NCBI GenBank assembly: GCA_037447605.1
Contig: CM074809.1
Coordinates: 2,222,689 to 2,286,688, forward strand
Direction: 5' to 3'
From: Zygnema circumcarinatum SAG 698-1b
Lineage: Eukaryota; Plantae; Zygnematophyceae
DNA: 64,000 nucleotides
Made by a program: the position numbers and the translations under genes. Below the pieces are notes generated by a model. The model did not search any database. It saw only the letters and a program-made list of their open reading frames with translations, and was not told the DNA's origin. Positions 24,401 through 37,921 of the stretch are shown here, in pieces (position 1 is the stretch's first letter; each line of letters opens with the position of its first letter).

Positions 24401-26870
24401 CCCAAAAAAAAGCAAGTTTAAGGATAAATCAAATACGAATCATACTTGCACATCTTTACCATTCAAAGTATCTGCCAGCAAGCCATGTTTTATTGTCTAC
24501 ATGGTTGAAAATAAACATATCCAAACTACAGGCATTTGTCTCTAATAGATAGCTTCGGTGGATGAATACGCCGGAGAAGCTATTTCGACATAATGCTACA
24601 AGTTGCAAATTACAGGATGCAACGAACGGAGAATGGCTGAACCTAAGCACGGGCTTTTTACAAAAGTAAGCACAACTAACGCAATTGTTAGAGAAAGGAA
24701 ATTCAAGCACGCCAGTTGATAAAAGTAGACAGGCATATTGACATGCCACCCATAGGATAACATCGATCAACGAAACAAGCAATGTAGAAAAGGCGATTAA
24801 ATTAGTATGCACGAAATCAGAGAGGAGAGACCAGGGTATCAATAATCCAGGAGATCATTGGAATTGTCCTACCACACTTTGACGCGTAGAATGATAAGAA
24901 GCACCAGCTGCGGTCACCTGCACACGACTCCTGGACCTTACTTCCGGGTGCAACCCATCACTCTCCTTTCGTTCCGACTTCGTCAGGTCCCTGCCATCAT
25001 CCCATAGCATTGCGAGTCTTGATCCTTCCTTCTCTTCGCGCAGCTCCAGCCTTGCAGTTGATGCTTGTTCCCTTCCCCAACCCTGAGTTTTCTTCTCTTC
25101 GTCGACACGCCACGACTGACCATCACTAGAGGGCCCATCCCCAAGGCCCCCTTGGCTGCGTTCAGCACGTCTCCAGCTTGGACTCATGTCCTCAAACTGT
25201 AACTGCTCTCCTGATTCCTCAAATCTCCACTCCTGCCACTCAGCATCATCATTTTCTTTTCGCTTCCGTAAAACCGAGATACTAGATGGTCGGACTTGAC
25301 TTCGAGAAAGCGGTTCCAGGGCAGTTTGCTGTCTACCTGAACTATCCCACACTAATCCATATCGCCCACCGCGTGATGGCCCCAGGGAGCTCGACTGATC
25401 ATCATTCCGCCCCAAGCCACCAGAGGAAACTGTTTTGCCATCTACTGAAACAAGCAAATCATGGTGGACTTTTCCAGTATCAGTTTGGATGCGGACAGGA
25501 GCTCTATAATCAACGTCTTGTATGGTACCTTGAGGAAAACGGGCAGACACGCTGTCATGCCACCTATGCGAAGGAGCTTGCTGCAACCCCACCTGCATAT
25601 TGAATATATACTCAGGAATACAACATATGGAAAATTTCCTGCTTTCTTGCTTCAAAGGGAGGAAAAATTGTTCTGCTTCAGTATATGACCTTTGGAACGT
25701 ATAATCAATTCAATTACACTGTTGCCCAAATCTACAAAGGACCATGTGCAAAAGATAGTCACGACATACCATCAACGGTGTGCAGTAGGTTTTAATAATG
25801 AAAACACAGCTTAAGGACTACACCCAAAAAATTGTAATGAAAAAACCCGATTTTTTCAACCTATCGAAGATCAAGTACCTGAGAGGAGTGCTCTAGCCTT
25901 TGCCTTGCCTGCGCCTCAAGATATTTAGGATTCACGTGTATTCGGCCTCCAGGAGACTCCAAACTGCTTGCTGGCAGATTCATCGGCCTTCCTGTAGCAG
26001 ACGATTGCTTAGGAAGAGCCGGCAAGTGAGCCTCAATGTGTCGCAATATGGCGCGAGGAAAGACGACTGTCCAAGTCTGAAATAAATGTCGCAGCGCTGC
26101 ATGTGTCGGAGGATCAACCTGTTCATACGACTTTAAGAAAACCTGGCTCGCCCACCGAGATAAACCCAGAGTAGGTGAGAATCAATATTCCATGCCTAGT
26201 TGAGAAGGCAGTAGTTTATCTTGTCCTAACAATCATATCCAGGGCTTGCATAAAGGGACTCACCTCCGGCAGACGGCGCCCGAAACACTCTACGTAATCG
26301 CCACCTTCATTTTTGACGATGCTATCAAGCAGGTATAAAGATGGCAGTTTCTGTTCCTTGGGAACCTGCTTCCTCATAATAAAAACACAGACATGAAAGA
26401 TTAACACCTAGTAGGGCTACGCCTAAACCGCAAGGTACAGCCAAACTTCTGCAAATGAATTAGCTAAGATACGCCGTTGAGGACATTTTGAGCTGGAACT
26501 CATTTTTTTTTACGAGGGAAAAAAATGCGGATAGTCTAGAGGGGTTTCCAAACAAATACTGTCATATGGTAAAACATTGAAAGCTGCTTTTCAAATTAAC
26601 ACTCCGCGAAACAATCGAGTATTAAAGGATGCTGTATCTACAGGAAGAAGCTAGTTGCAAACAAACCTTCAAAATATGGTCACAGATAGCCGCGGCTATC
26701 CCCTGCGCTGCATGGCTGTTCTCTCCGGCAATTATGGTGAGATTTGTTATTATTGGTTTGGAATTGAACGTCAGCTCTGCTAACTCGCCCTTGTATTGCT
26801 CCACTAGTTCCTGTATATCTGCCTCCCCAGCATCCCCCTGCGGAGCAGCGAACTCTTCCTGCTCATCCAT
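21441..26870 (-). CDS. PCF11: PCF11-like polyadenylation/cleavage factor (PCFS4-type); 3' end uncertain (likely a further small exon below 21560)
   Basis: CID domain ([22 protein letters not shown]; [14 protein letters not shown]; LRHLFQTW); long low-complexity linker; C-terminal Zn fingers CATCGLRF...HLDEH and [15 protein letters not shown]...EWLYRGAVY...IVHAKC. Confidence 0.9.
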
Positions 26871-27977
26871 CCTTAACTCACGAACTGACCTAATAGTTAA
26901 CGCAGCAGTAGTCCCTATCAGGTGATGATCTATATATACAAAAGCCCGAGCCACCCTGCTTCGAGGGATCTAACAGCCACATGCCCTTCTGAGAAGTAAA
27001 CTGCGACACATAGGTCAACAAATATCACGAACCACACAATGGTGGTAAGTTTAAAAGAGTACAGCAGATCACAAATTTCATAGGCACATAAAAATGTCTC
27101 GAAGATCAACAACTTTTTCCATTATGAAGATAGCATGAAACCAACAAGAAAGCTTTCGAAAACATTTACATACTCTCTTTCAAGCATGCCTGCTAGCTGC
27201 TCTACTCAGCAGAGTCACGAGTGAGAATAAGACCAAAACGATGGCGCCCTTGAACCACCCTTTCTACAATAGGTCACCAAACTAACAGTTCCTATCCATG
27301 GCAGATCTAGCTACAGCAGCGGCAAGTCCATCCCAGCCCTTTCATCCGAGTGCCCTTGGTGCCGCCCTCCAATTACAGCCTCCTCCCTTGCAGGCGGGCG
27401 GCGCTGCTCCACCAGCATCCATGGAGGGAGGGCGGAGGCCGCACATGCATTAGGGCCCTCGCGCCTTTATCTGAACCCTAATGTAAATTTCTTTTACAAG
27501 CAAACGGCTTTTCAGCACAAGAAGAAACGTTCATCTGCCCGTAAACGAAGATATTGAACCGTGAACCGCCGATGTGGTTGATCGAACGGTTGAAATGTTT
27601 TTTACCTGTCGGGCTTTAAGTTTTGTCTGCCCTTAGCACTGTGGCGGTTCATGAAAGAAATCTGGTGGTGACGAAAAAATGACCCCGCTGTGCCCGCTGC
27701 TGACGTGGCAAGTTTCGAACCTCGAGGGTCTGGTTTTTTCCGAAAACCGGTTTTGGGGGAAAAACTGAAAAGTCGAAACCTGGTTTTCCCAGTGCGCCTG
27801 CGGCCGGACTTGTGCGCCTTCGGGACTCTGAGCAGCAGCAGGCGACTTTTTGCTCTTGAAAGGGATCAGTACAATTTATTCTTCTTCTCGGGAAGGATGC
27901 AGAATATCTCTTGCAGCTGCTCTTGTCAGCAGTAGCGTTTCCTGGGTTACAAGCTTGTGATTGCTTGTTTATTCACC

Positions 27978-30900
27978 ATGACGGGCAACATACATCCAGC
28001 CCTACAGCATATCGCCGGCTTGGCTGAGCAAAGGGCACGATCAGAACAGTATAAGCAACTGCTGAATGCGATTATTGCCACCAATAATGTTGGTGATGCG
28101 AAGGCTTTCGTGAATCATAGTAAAGTCTGCTGTCATATACCTTCTACAAATACTATTTGCTGCAAGGATAACGAATCGTCTCCGTTAATATTTGAGAGGA
28201 CACTTATTAGCACAATTTTTTGGTCTATCTGAAGCTGACATTGACCTTGTTGAGCAGTGGTGACAGACGAGGTGCCACTGGGCATTTCAAGACAATTGCT
28301 ACAGATGTTTGCACAAGAACTGAACAAGCTTGAGCCCGAAGCTCATAAAGAGGTTGCACAACATGCATTAACACAGATTCAGCCGCGCGTTGTCTCGTTC
28401 GATGAACAGGTATCTTGCAAGTGTGCTGTAGTGGTTATTCTGAGGAGTGAATGCGCCTGTATGTTTTTCGGTTTCAGCAATGGATTGCTCCATCAGTTGA
28501 GCACAAACCTCAAAATCCTCCAGCCTCCAGGAAGCTTTATTGGAGCTTTAGGAGTAAGAATTTGCGGAAATGGAGGTTGCAGGTAGCTACAATCAGAGAA
28601 GGACTGGCCGAGCTCTATGAAAACGAGGAACATTGGTCAAAGGCCGCTCAAATGTTGGGAGGAATTGACTTAGACTCTGCGAGCAGGTAGGGCAGTTACA
28701 ATGCTTGCACACGAATGCTTGCCACGTTTAAACGGGCTTGTAACTGATTGTCTTGAATCGACCTGTTGCAGAAACCAAGACACCACCTTTCGCTTGAGTA
28801 AATGTATCAAAATCGCACTACTATATCTTGAGGTAATTTTTTTGGCCGGTTCATAGAATGAAAGTGCTCTATTTGTTCTCCATTCGATTGCAAGCCAGAG
28901 GCAATAACAATGAATCAGTTTTGTGAAGCTCCAGACAATGCATTTGGATGAGTAGCTGAATGACATTCTATATTCAGCACGAGCAAAGTTGACTTTCCTC
29001 CACACCTAAGTTTCTGATTGCTTTGCAGGATGATGATGCTCTCAATGCGGAAACCTATATCAAGAAGGCATCGTTTGACATGGCCGCCTGTAAAGATGAA
29101 GCTTTAGAGCTTCAGTATAAGGTTAGCAAATGGATTTCCCCCCTCGTAAGCAGGGTGACAAATTGTTTGGTTGCTTCTTTAGACGTCCGCATTTTATATC
29201 ATTTCTTTCAGCTCAATATTTATGTAAACGTGTATTTATTAGATGCGGATTATTTATTAAACCCTAAAAGCAAGTTCTCACAAGAGCTCTCCTAGAATCA
29301 TCTTTTAATATTACGTCAATCTGATGCAACTGGACACTCTTCTCCTCGCACAGGTTTGCTCTGCTCGCATTTCGGACTCAAAACGAAAGTTTTTGGAAGC
29401 GGCATTGAAGTACTATGACCTATCTCAACTGGAAAAACGTGAAATTGGTGGAAGGTGAATATTATTTTCTGCCAAATCAAGATTACCAGTCACCTTTCCG
29501 AGGATGGCTTATTACTTAGGCCTTGTTTTCATTTTTCCCCTCTATTCATATCGATAGTGCATGTCGTCCAGCCCCATTGCGAAGGCCTTAAGGGCATTGA
29601 TGGCACAGTAATTGGTTTATGGTTGTTGATGCAGGCGAATAGATGAAGATGAACTCCAGCAAGCGCTAACCGCTGCTGTAACTTGCACAATACTGGCAGC
29701 TGCTGGTCCTCAACGTTCTCGAGTACTAGCTACTCTTTACAAGGTAAGCGGCTCCAATCAGCTTTGCCGAAGGTAATGCAGGAATGCTACTTTTGCAGAA
29801 GACTGTTGTGTTCGTTGCTTCTAGTGTAAACGATCTTCCAACTTTATACAGTTTTTGTGGACTTATTCCCTGTAACCAATTTAAGGGCTCAGCAGGAATT
29901 TGCTGCTATTAGGTGAACGAGATGTCTAGCCGGTTTGTAAGTTTGTTCCATCCGCACGTCAGGTCCATATCAGTGTCCTGCACTGCCGTTGGCTGTCAGC
30001 ACTCCCCAGCCAAGCCAGGGGTTCCTAAGCAAGCAAATTTCCTACAGCAGTATCAGGCATCCTGATTGCTGATGCGTTCACTTGCTTCAATGTCAGGATG
30101 AACGCTGTTCCAAGTTAAAGATTTATCCAATTTTACAAAAGGTAAACATCTGCATGTCCCTTCCTTCGTCACGCAGTCAGCATTTGTTTGAGAGCGTTAG
30201 AGCAACGGGAAGTCCTATTCTGTTTCTCCCTGCCTCCTTTAAACTATTTAGAGTCTAAACTCGATATTATTTTCTACAGGTATATCTGGAGAGAATCTTA
30301 AGGAGGCCAGAGGTTGAAGCTTTTGCCCAAGAGTTGAAGCCTCATCAGGTGAAAAGCTTTGTGAACCTACTCCTTCGGAAGTTTGGACGAGTTTTAGTAT
30401 CGATGGTAATCTGGAATTTGTAGAAGTGATCTTAATCAACAGGCCAAGTAAAGTACTTAAAGCTTTTTCCTCAAGAGCTCAGTTTGATGCACATTTGGTT
30501 GCCAGTACGCGCATGAGCATACGCGCACATACCACGTGTCAACATGTTCGCAGGACCACGGTCTCAGCCATTCGTGATTTAGACGAACCCTTGCTTTAAA
30601 GGCTGACAGGAGTTCCGTGCTATTGTGCTTTGATGAACAGAAAGCTACGCTTGCTGACGGATCAACTGTCTTGGATCGTGCTGTTATAGAACACAACCTT
30701 TTGAGTGCCAGCAAGTTGTATACAAATATAAGGTTTGGACTTTTTCTTCGTTACATGTGACGAGCCAATCAATCCCAGTCAGTCCTCCCAGTCAGTCAAT
30801 GTCATGATTGTAGCATGGGCTTGTAGATCGAAGCAATTGAGACAGGCTGTTGCAGTACCAGATGTTACAAAAGCTAGGGCCCCATTTGCTCCGAGTTTCA

Positions 30901-32046
30901 AGAGAGGATTGCAGTCTGTCCGTATGTGCTATCTGTGTGTGTATGTCCTGTGTTTATAATCTGTTTTTCTGACTCTGATGCTGCCTTGCAGTTTCGATGA
31001 ATTGGGTGCACTTCTGGGAATTGATCCGGATAAGGTAAAGTAGCGTTTCTGAATCGAGATGCATGTGGAAGGATGTTTATGTTTGAATCTGGTAGACAAC
31101 TTGTCAGACACGAACAGCTGTTAAAATCTCTCACACGTTTATATAATGCAGGAAGTTGAGCTACCACTGATTGTTCCATTCGTACTGAGAATGGCTTCCT
31201 TCGTGAATTGGACCACCCAAGCTATCTTTGCTCACAAAATTGGGGATTCAAGAAAAACTTACATGCCAGATATGGAAAGTGGAATTGAAGCTGATGCTAG
31301 AGCCTTATTTAGGCCTTTCTATGGCGGTTCTGCTGGAAATAACTCGACGAATGAAGATTACCTGAATAAGTGATGGATCTAGAAAGGGACCCTGCATCCA
31401 AAGCCAGGATTGACATCTGTGGCTGCATCCATGTGATTACTAAACTGGCGGACCCTTACGATTGTGGCTCTTCTTGCAGGCAGAGAAGATCGCTGCACGG
31501 ATGATTTCAGAAGACAGAATGAGGGGTTCCATAGACCAGGTAAATTCCAGCCAATTTCTGGAAGTTCAGCTCTGGAGTCGTCAAGGCTTATTAATATGGG
31601 AAGATCCTCTAGGGTCATTAAACCATATTGAAATTGTTTGTTTTGGTATCTATTCAAATTTACTTGGGTCCTTTTGATTGTTCTGGTGTTCATGCAGGTG
31701 GAAGGTGTGTTGCAGTTCAACAACGATATCGAGGAATTGCAGCAATGGGATCAGCAGGTAATATGGCTTAGGTCTTTTAGAGTTTTTATGATCTCTCCTT
31801 ATAAAGGCGCTGCAGCTTACCATGGCGTATATGTTAAGGTCCAGTTCTTCTTTCATGAAGCACTGTATTGCCTCACCCTCGTAGTTGGTAGGTAATTGCT
31901 GAGTGAAACGTTTCACGAGTTTCACGAGAAAACTAACATTTTTTTTCAACGGGGTGGATGGGAACTGACAGATTGCAAGCATTTGTCTTGCGCTGAATGA
32001 TGTCCTCGACAGTGTTCGGAAAAAGGGAGTGATCATTTCGGTTTGA
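27978..32046 (+). CDS. CSN4: COP9 signalosome subunit 4 (multi-exon)
   Basis: [120 protein letters not shown], last exon [15 protein letters not shown]. Confidence 0.95.
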
Positions 32047-32710
32047 GGTCAAAGCTGAGGCCCGTAACGTGAAACTTCTAGTAATAATGCGAGAATCTTA
32101 ATAGCTATGCCATGGTCTTGGAAATGGGTGACCCATTTGGATCTTCTACTGCCCATCATATTTTCCGACAACCCTCCGGGAGTAGAGTTCTTCAATTTCT
32201 TCCCAAGATGGGCGAGTCATGAACGTTTCTTGCACAGTTGCTGTGCAGGCAAGTACAAAATTCAAAATTCCACGTGGACGCAGCCTGGCAACATACTCGA
32301 TCAATAAATTCCTGACCGAATTTCAGAAATGGAACAAAATTGAATCTCTGAACGACTGGTGTACTATCACCTTCGCTTGTGCGGTCTGCACTAGGAAGTG
32401 TGGGGAGTATTAACGCAAGTAGAAAGTCTTCATCATGTCAAAGGTTTTGCAACACCTCGAAACAATCAATTCCAAGCCCTTACATTTGAGGAGCCAAAAC
32501 CTATAGATTGCTGTTCTTTCCGAGGGGTCGTCCAATTGTTGGAAAATGACCGCAAAAAAAAGTGGACTAAATTATCTGCCCAGCTTCAAACGCAACTATT
32601 TTGGCCCTTCAGAGTTATGAGCGGACAGTCGGTTTGTTGAGTGCATTCAGAGACGACGTGAGCTTCACCAAAGAAGTCACGGAGTGATGTTGAAGCACAC
32701 ACTCCACGGC

Positions 32711-35700
32711 TTAAGAGAGCTCCAAAGGATGAAGCATGACGCCATTGCGAACGCCTCCCATCCGCCCCCATCGCCCCAATCTCGGCTCCTGCAGAAACGA
32801 CATGCGCCTCCCCCACCTCTGAGTAATTTCAACCTTCAAACCGTGTAAGCAGATGTGCTTCAGTCGAGCTTGAAAGGTAAGTCGCACACTGAGGCAAATA
32901 CTGAATGGCAGTGAACACCTCACCTGACCGGTGCCTGCAAGCAGAAAACGTCCGCTGTTGGCAAATGCGAGGGAGTTCACGAAGCCATTCTGCATTCCCT
33001 CCCTCCACCCCCACCGCCAAGGGACAGAATCCAAAACATGAGAGCCATTCTCAATGAAACTTGACAAGAAACAGAGTTAAAGTTAAAAACACCATAATGT
33101 AGGGCGACGCGGATAATAGGGCTGCCCGCCATAGGCCTGGGACAAGGGAAATCGAGTCTGGCCTCAACTAATTCGAATGACGTTTGCAGGCAGCACATTC
33201 AGGTGCTGCTTGCCAACCATTGTCTGCCTTGAACATAGGATGGGTCCTTTATCTGATAATGTGAATGCTGCTCTTGCTCTCTCCTTGGAAATGCATCTGG
33301 CAGTACCGTTAACTCACTAACTTACAGGCCAACTAGGAGCTTCGAAGCTAGTAAACTTCGTTAAGGGCAGTCAACATCCGCATATAACATCTGAAGAAGA
33401 CCTGTTCATGAGCATCGCGTGGACACAAATACTCAAAAAGCATACGATCTGGAGTAGAGAACTCACAGTAGGCGACGAATGCAGAGGCTGAAGAGAGTGT
33501 CCGGCAATGTCGCACCGCCACAAGCGCACACGTCCGTCTGCAGCTCCGCTGGCTGCTAAATCTGTGCCGCGGCATACAGCTACAGCTCCAACCCAACCCT
33601 GAGCTGCGCCACCCACCCCCACATAGGGCATGGACCCTGCCTGCAACCCATTGGATAGGTGCTCGCCGGTTGCTTGTTCCCCTCGCTCCTCAGCGTCACC
33701 CGCTTCATGATTATGGTCTGTCACGCCATTGGCCATTGCATCCTTCACCTGTACACCCATGAAGCTGCCAATCGCTTCAGTTGCAGTCACTGTCCACAGC
33801 CCATCGAAGAGCTTGCACATCAACAAACAAAAGGCTTTGATATCCTCACCACACCGTGGGCCGCCCGCACAATATGTACAGGCTTTTTCCGAAGGGCTGA
33901 CCATAACGCTAAGGAGCCATCCTCGGAGCCAGAGACGAAGTCATTTGGAGTAATCAAAGCACAGCAGTCGATGGATGAAGAGTGCCCTCTCAACACAAGC
34001 TGTGTCTCCTCCGGAACCTACATGTGGAAAACCCTCCTAAAATGAAGTAAGAAATCACTCATACTATCCTGGCTATTAGACGTTGCCCAGGATACGCAAT
34101 CGATATAGCGGGCACACGCAACAAGTACTACCTTCACCATCGTCTTCCAGCATTGGCTTGCTACGCAAAAAATATGTACAAAATGAGAAACTCAAAACAC
34201 AACACTTTAAAGGACAATGTTTCGAATATACAAAACACAAGTCATCCTGTAGGTAGTGATGAGAAAAAAAAACCTTCCAAATGCGGCAAGTCCGATCACG
34301 TCCAGCAGATAGCACACGCTCCGTACGGAGGCAATCAAGAGCTACAACTTCGCTCTGGTGGCCATATAGGGAGTCCATGTAAGCCAGGTCATCTACACTC
34401 CAGATTTTGAGGCTGCGGTCATAAGAGCCAGAGAAAAGCTGGTGTGTTCCCGTGCGAAAAGCCAACCCTGCTACGGCTCCCCTGTGACCTGCAAAGGCCT
34501 GATACCCGCACCACATGAGCTATTGAACAGGTTTTGTAGAAGGGCGCATAGAACTCCATCCACTATTTATGGTGGGCCTATACAAAAATTCAAAACACAT
34601 AAGTTCATCTTAAGCCACTCTCGAACAACTTAAATTGAGTAAATACCCTCAGACTAAGACTAATTTACACTATCAACTTAAACCCTTGGCCGAGTCCTGA
34701 GTCCTGAGCACTGCTCAACTTTTAAAACGCCAACTGCGACTTTCCCACGAAAATCGGATTGGCTTCAGATGCAAACAAGAAGAACAAGTTGCTGTTTAGC
34801 TACTTTGCACGGTCCTCTCAACTGGCTAAACCCAGAGTATGTGAATGGAAAGGAAAGATGTTTGGCCAGGACCTGCACGTGCTTGTGCGTTCTCATGTCC
34901 CAGATGTGGACCTGGCGATCAAGACCTCCTGCAGCCAAATAGTGGCCATCCGAGCTGACTGCTAGTGCCAATACATGGCGGCTCTGCAGCCTTTTCTTGC
35001 CCTGTTTGCCTCCACTTTGAGTCCCTTTTATAGGTACTGCCGCAGGCCATTCCAAAACTGAGCTGACTCCTGTCTCTACATTCCAGTGCGCCACCATTCC
35101 ATCTTTTGACGCAGAAAAGGCTTGCGAGTCGTCGCCAGTGAGTGCAATCGCTGTCACGGATTGACGATGTCGCCGGCCAACAACGCGCGGCTCCCCAACC
35201 TGCACTCTGTAGGCATTACAACACCGCCTCATCAGTTCCACTATTACTTATCTACGTGAAAAAGCTTAGTGTGCACCCCGTTCGCCAAGCTGTCGGCTTG
35301 TGGTTAAAATGAACTTGCAGAATACTCACCTGGCTGCTATGAAACGTAGCGCTTTGCCACTCTCCTCCCGCTGCTCCTGCATCAGGCGATGAGCAACCAG
35401 CGTGTCCCGCTCTCCCTCCGGCCCTTCACCATCTTGCAATCCATTACCTTCAGGTCTCTTTTCCGAAAAAGCTGCCGCCTTGACGCGGTCCAAATAAGCC
35501 TTAGCAATTCGCAACCTTTTTGCATCAGCGGTCTCCTCTTCTTCCACTTCCTCCTCCCCTGCCCTGTCAGCGCCAGACCTTTCTGCGAGCTCCTCGTCCT
35601 CTTCACTACTCAGAACTTCATTCTCCTCGTCCAAACCTTTAGCCCCATGGTCCACATCTCTCCGCCGTTTCCGTCCAGTGTGTGCCCTTGTCCTCTGTGT

Positions 35701-35727
35701 TGCAGACGACCGTTGCCGAGGAGCCAT
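32711..35727 (-). CDS. RRP9: U3 snoRNA-associated WD40 protein (RRP9/U3-55K)
   Basis: Acidic N-terminus EETADAKRLRIAKAYL; WD repeats RHRQSVTAIALTGD, LALAVSSDGHYLAAGGLD, GHRGAVAGLAFR, LYGHQSEV, SGAADGRVRLW, GFVNSLAFA; GQEPRLGRWG near the C-terminus. Confidence 0.93.
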
Positions 35728-35962
35728 GAATTCTGCCGAGTGACCGCCAAGAAAGAGATACAGCAATACTTGAGCTCAAGAGCAAGAGTGCCCCTCGAGA
35801 ATTCCTGCGAGAGAGAGTTGCAGGCAGCGGTCGAAGGCGGCGGGAGCTTCAGCCTCGTCCCTCGCGGAGGGAGCAGGAACGCACCCGGCCCCGCCAGGCG
35901 GCAAATTTCCTCCGACTTTTTAAGAATTGCTTCATCGTTGGAAAGGTTTTACTTTTCTATAC

Positions 35963-36910
35963 CGCCCCTCGCCCCTCGATACGCAGCCACGCCCCTCGAT
36001 GCGCAGCCACGCCCCTCGATACGCAGCCACGCCCCTCGATACGTAGCCACGCCCCTCGATACGCAGCCACGCCCCTCGCTACGCAGCCACGCCTCTCGAT
36101 ACGCAGCCACGCCCCTCGATACGCAGCCACGCCCCTCGATACGCAGCCACGCCCCTCGATACGCCGCCCCTCGATACGCAGCCACGCCCCTCGATACGCA
36201 GCCACGCCCCTCGATACGCAGCCACGCCCCTCGATACGCAGCCACGCCCCTCGATACGCAGCCACGCCCCTCGATACGCAGCCACGCCCCTCGATACGCA
36301 GCCACGCCCCTCGATACGCAGCCACGCCCCTCGATACCAGCCACGCCCCTCGATACGCAGCCACGCCCCTCGATACGCAGCCACGCCCCTCGATACGCAG
36401 CCACGCCCCTCGATACGCAGCCACGCCCCTCGATACGCAGCCACGCCCCTCGATACGCAGCCACGCCCCTCGATACGCAGCCACGCCCCTCGATACGCAG
36501 CCACGCCCCTCGATACGCAGCCACGCCCCTCGATACGCAGCCACGCCCCTCGATACGCAGCCACGCCCCTCGATACGCAGCCACGCCCCTCGATACGCAG
36601 CCACGCCCCTCGATACGCTCGATACGCAGCCACGCCCCTCGATACGCAGCCACGCCCCTCGATACGCAGCCACGCCCCTCGATACGCAGCCACGCCCCTC
36701 GATACGCAGCCACGCCCCTCGATACGCAGCCACGCCCCTCGATATGCAGCCACGCCCCTCGATACGAAGCCACGCCTCTCGATACGCAGCCACGCCCCTC
36801 GATACGCAGCCACGCCCCTCAATACGGGACCACGTCCCTCGATACGTAGCCACGCCCTACGATACGGGTCCACGCACCTCGATACGGGCTAACGCACCTG
36901 GATACGAGGC
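35963..36910 (+). repeat. 20-bp minisatellite (GATACGCAGCCACGCCCCTC)n, ~43 units plus a degenerate tail
   Basis: Near-identical head-to-tail units with a few truncated ones; decays from ~36820 to 36910. Confidence 0.95.
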
Positions 36911-37231
36911 GGATCCGACAATGTACGGACAAGAGCGTTGCCACGTGGGCCATCCATAGCGCGCCACGTGCTGCCTGGCCAGCGAGGCGCCGCGCGGCCC
37001 GAGTGAGCAGATCGACCGCCTCAGGCCGCAGTAGGCGGACGGGCGGACGGACGGACGGACGGACGGCGACCGCGAGGGCGGTCGACGTGCCGCATGTTCT
37101 TTTTTTTGGTAAGCGAGCAGGACAGTCATGCCGCGGCCGCCCGCCCGCACTCACTCCCTCCCGCCCGGTCTATGCCTCGCGCTGGCGGCGCGTCATGGCA
37201 TGACATGACATAGGGACAGGCTCTGCTGCTT

Positions 37232-37456
37232 CAGGGGCGGACCTACACATACAAGTTCGAAGGGCTTAGGCTCCCCTCAGATTTTGAAAATTCAACTTTT
37301 TTTTTATATTTTGTCTTATGTATGTCATGCTGAAAGAGGGCTTAGCCTCTTCTCGGCAAATATCTTGGATCCGCCACTGTTTGTGACTGCACCCCTCCAT
37401 GGGCGAATCCAAGATTTGGTCTAAGCCCTCAAACTCGTAATGTAGGTCCGCCGTTG
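37232..37456. mobile_element. Degenerate MITE with CAGGGGCGGACCTAC-type ends (hAT-MITE-like), possibly two nested copies
   Basis: CAGGGGCGGACCTACA..AAGTTCGAAGGGCTTAG vs CTAAGCCCTCAAACTCG..TGTAGGTCCGCCGTTG; internal extra end GGATCCGCCACTG; no clear TSD. Confidence 0.5.
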
Positions 37457-37629
37457 GCGAGAGGCCCGCCGCGACTCTGCCGCCGAGTTTGTTCCCATGG
37501 CTGTTCAGACTTTGATGTCTCCCTTCCTCCTCCAGCGCGCGCCCACCGCTCCTTCGCGATGCATGCACGCCCCTCCCGGAGGGAAGGAAGGAAGGGCCCC
37601 TGCGGCCATGCTCGCCACCTTCCTTTGAT

Positions 37630-37921
37630 CGGCAGCGCATTTCTGTCGCCCTCCAGAGCGGCCTCGCCTCTCCCTCCCTCCGGCGTGCCGCGGCTGTGGG
37701 TGGCCGTCCGCCTTTACCCCCCTCCGCACGATGTGCCCCATATCGCCGACCTGCGCGGCTGCTTCTAGGGCCGCGCTGTTGGGCCCTGATTCAGGTTTCA
37801 GATCATCGCTTTTTTCTATCGTCCTTGGGTCCTCTGTGAATTGTGACCAGTTCCTCGTCGTTCCCCATGTTGACCTTTTCCATGTACGTTTGATGTCATC
37901 GCCATCGTGACATGAATGCCA
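37630..37921 (+). mobile_element. 5'-truncated CRE-like retrotransposon fragment (C-terminal codons plus 3'UTR)
   Basis: Encodes PHIADLRGCF* (stop ends 37768) followed by the family 3'UTR. Confidence 0.8.

Noticed and set aside
21492-25688. Many antisense ORFs opposite PCF11 and other genes
   Set aside because: Shadow frames of the real coding strand with no independent motifs.
6788-35727. Functional cluster of RNA-processing genes (TAF8, RTF2, PCF11, RRP9)
   Set aside because: Unrelated housekeeping genes interleaved with NAPRT and CSN4; no shared pathway or operon-like signal.
35389-36873. 264-486-aa ORFs, and a possible CRISPR array, in the 20-bp repeat
   Set aside because: The ORFs are artefacts of a stop-free tandem unit. 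The repeats are contiguous with no unique spacers, there are no cas genes, and the context is eukaryotic.
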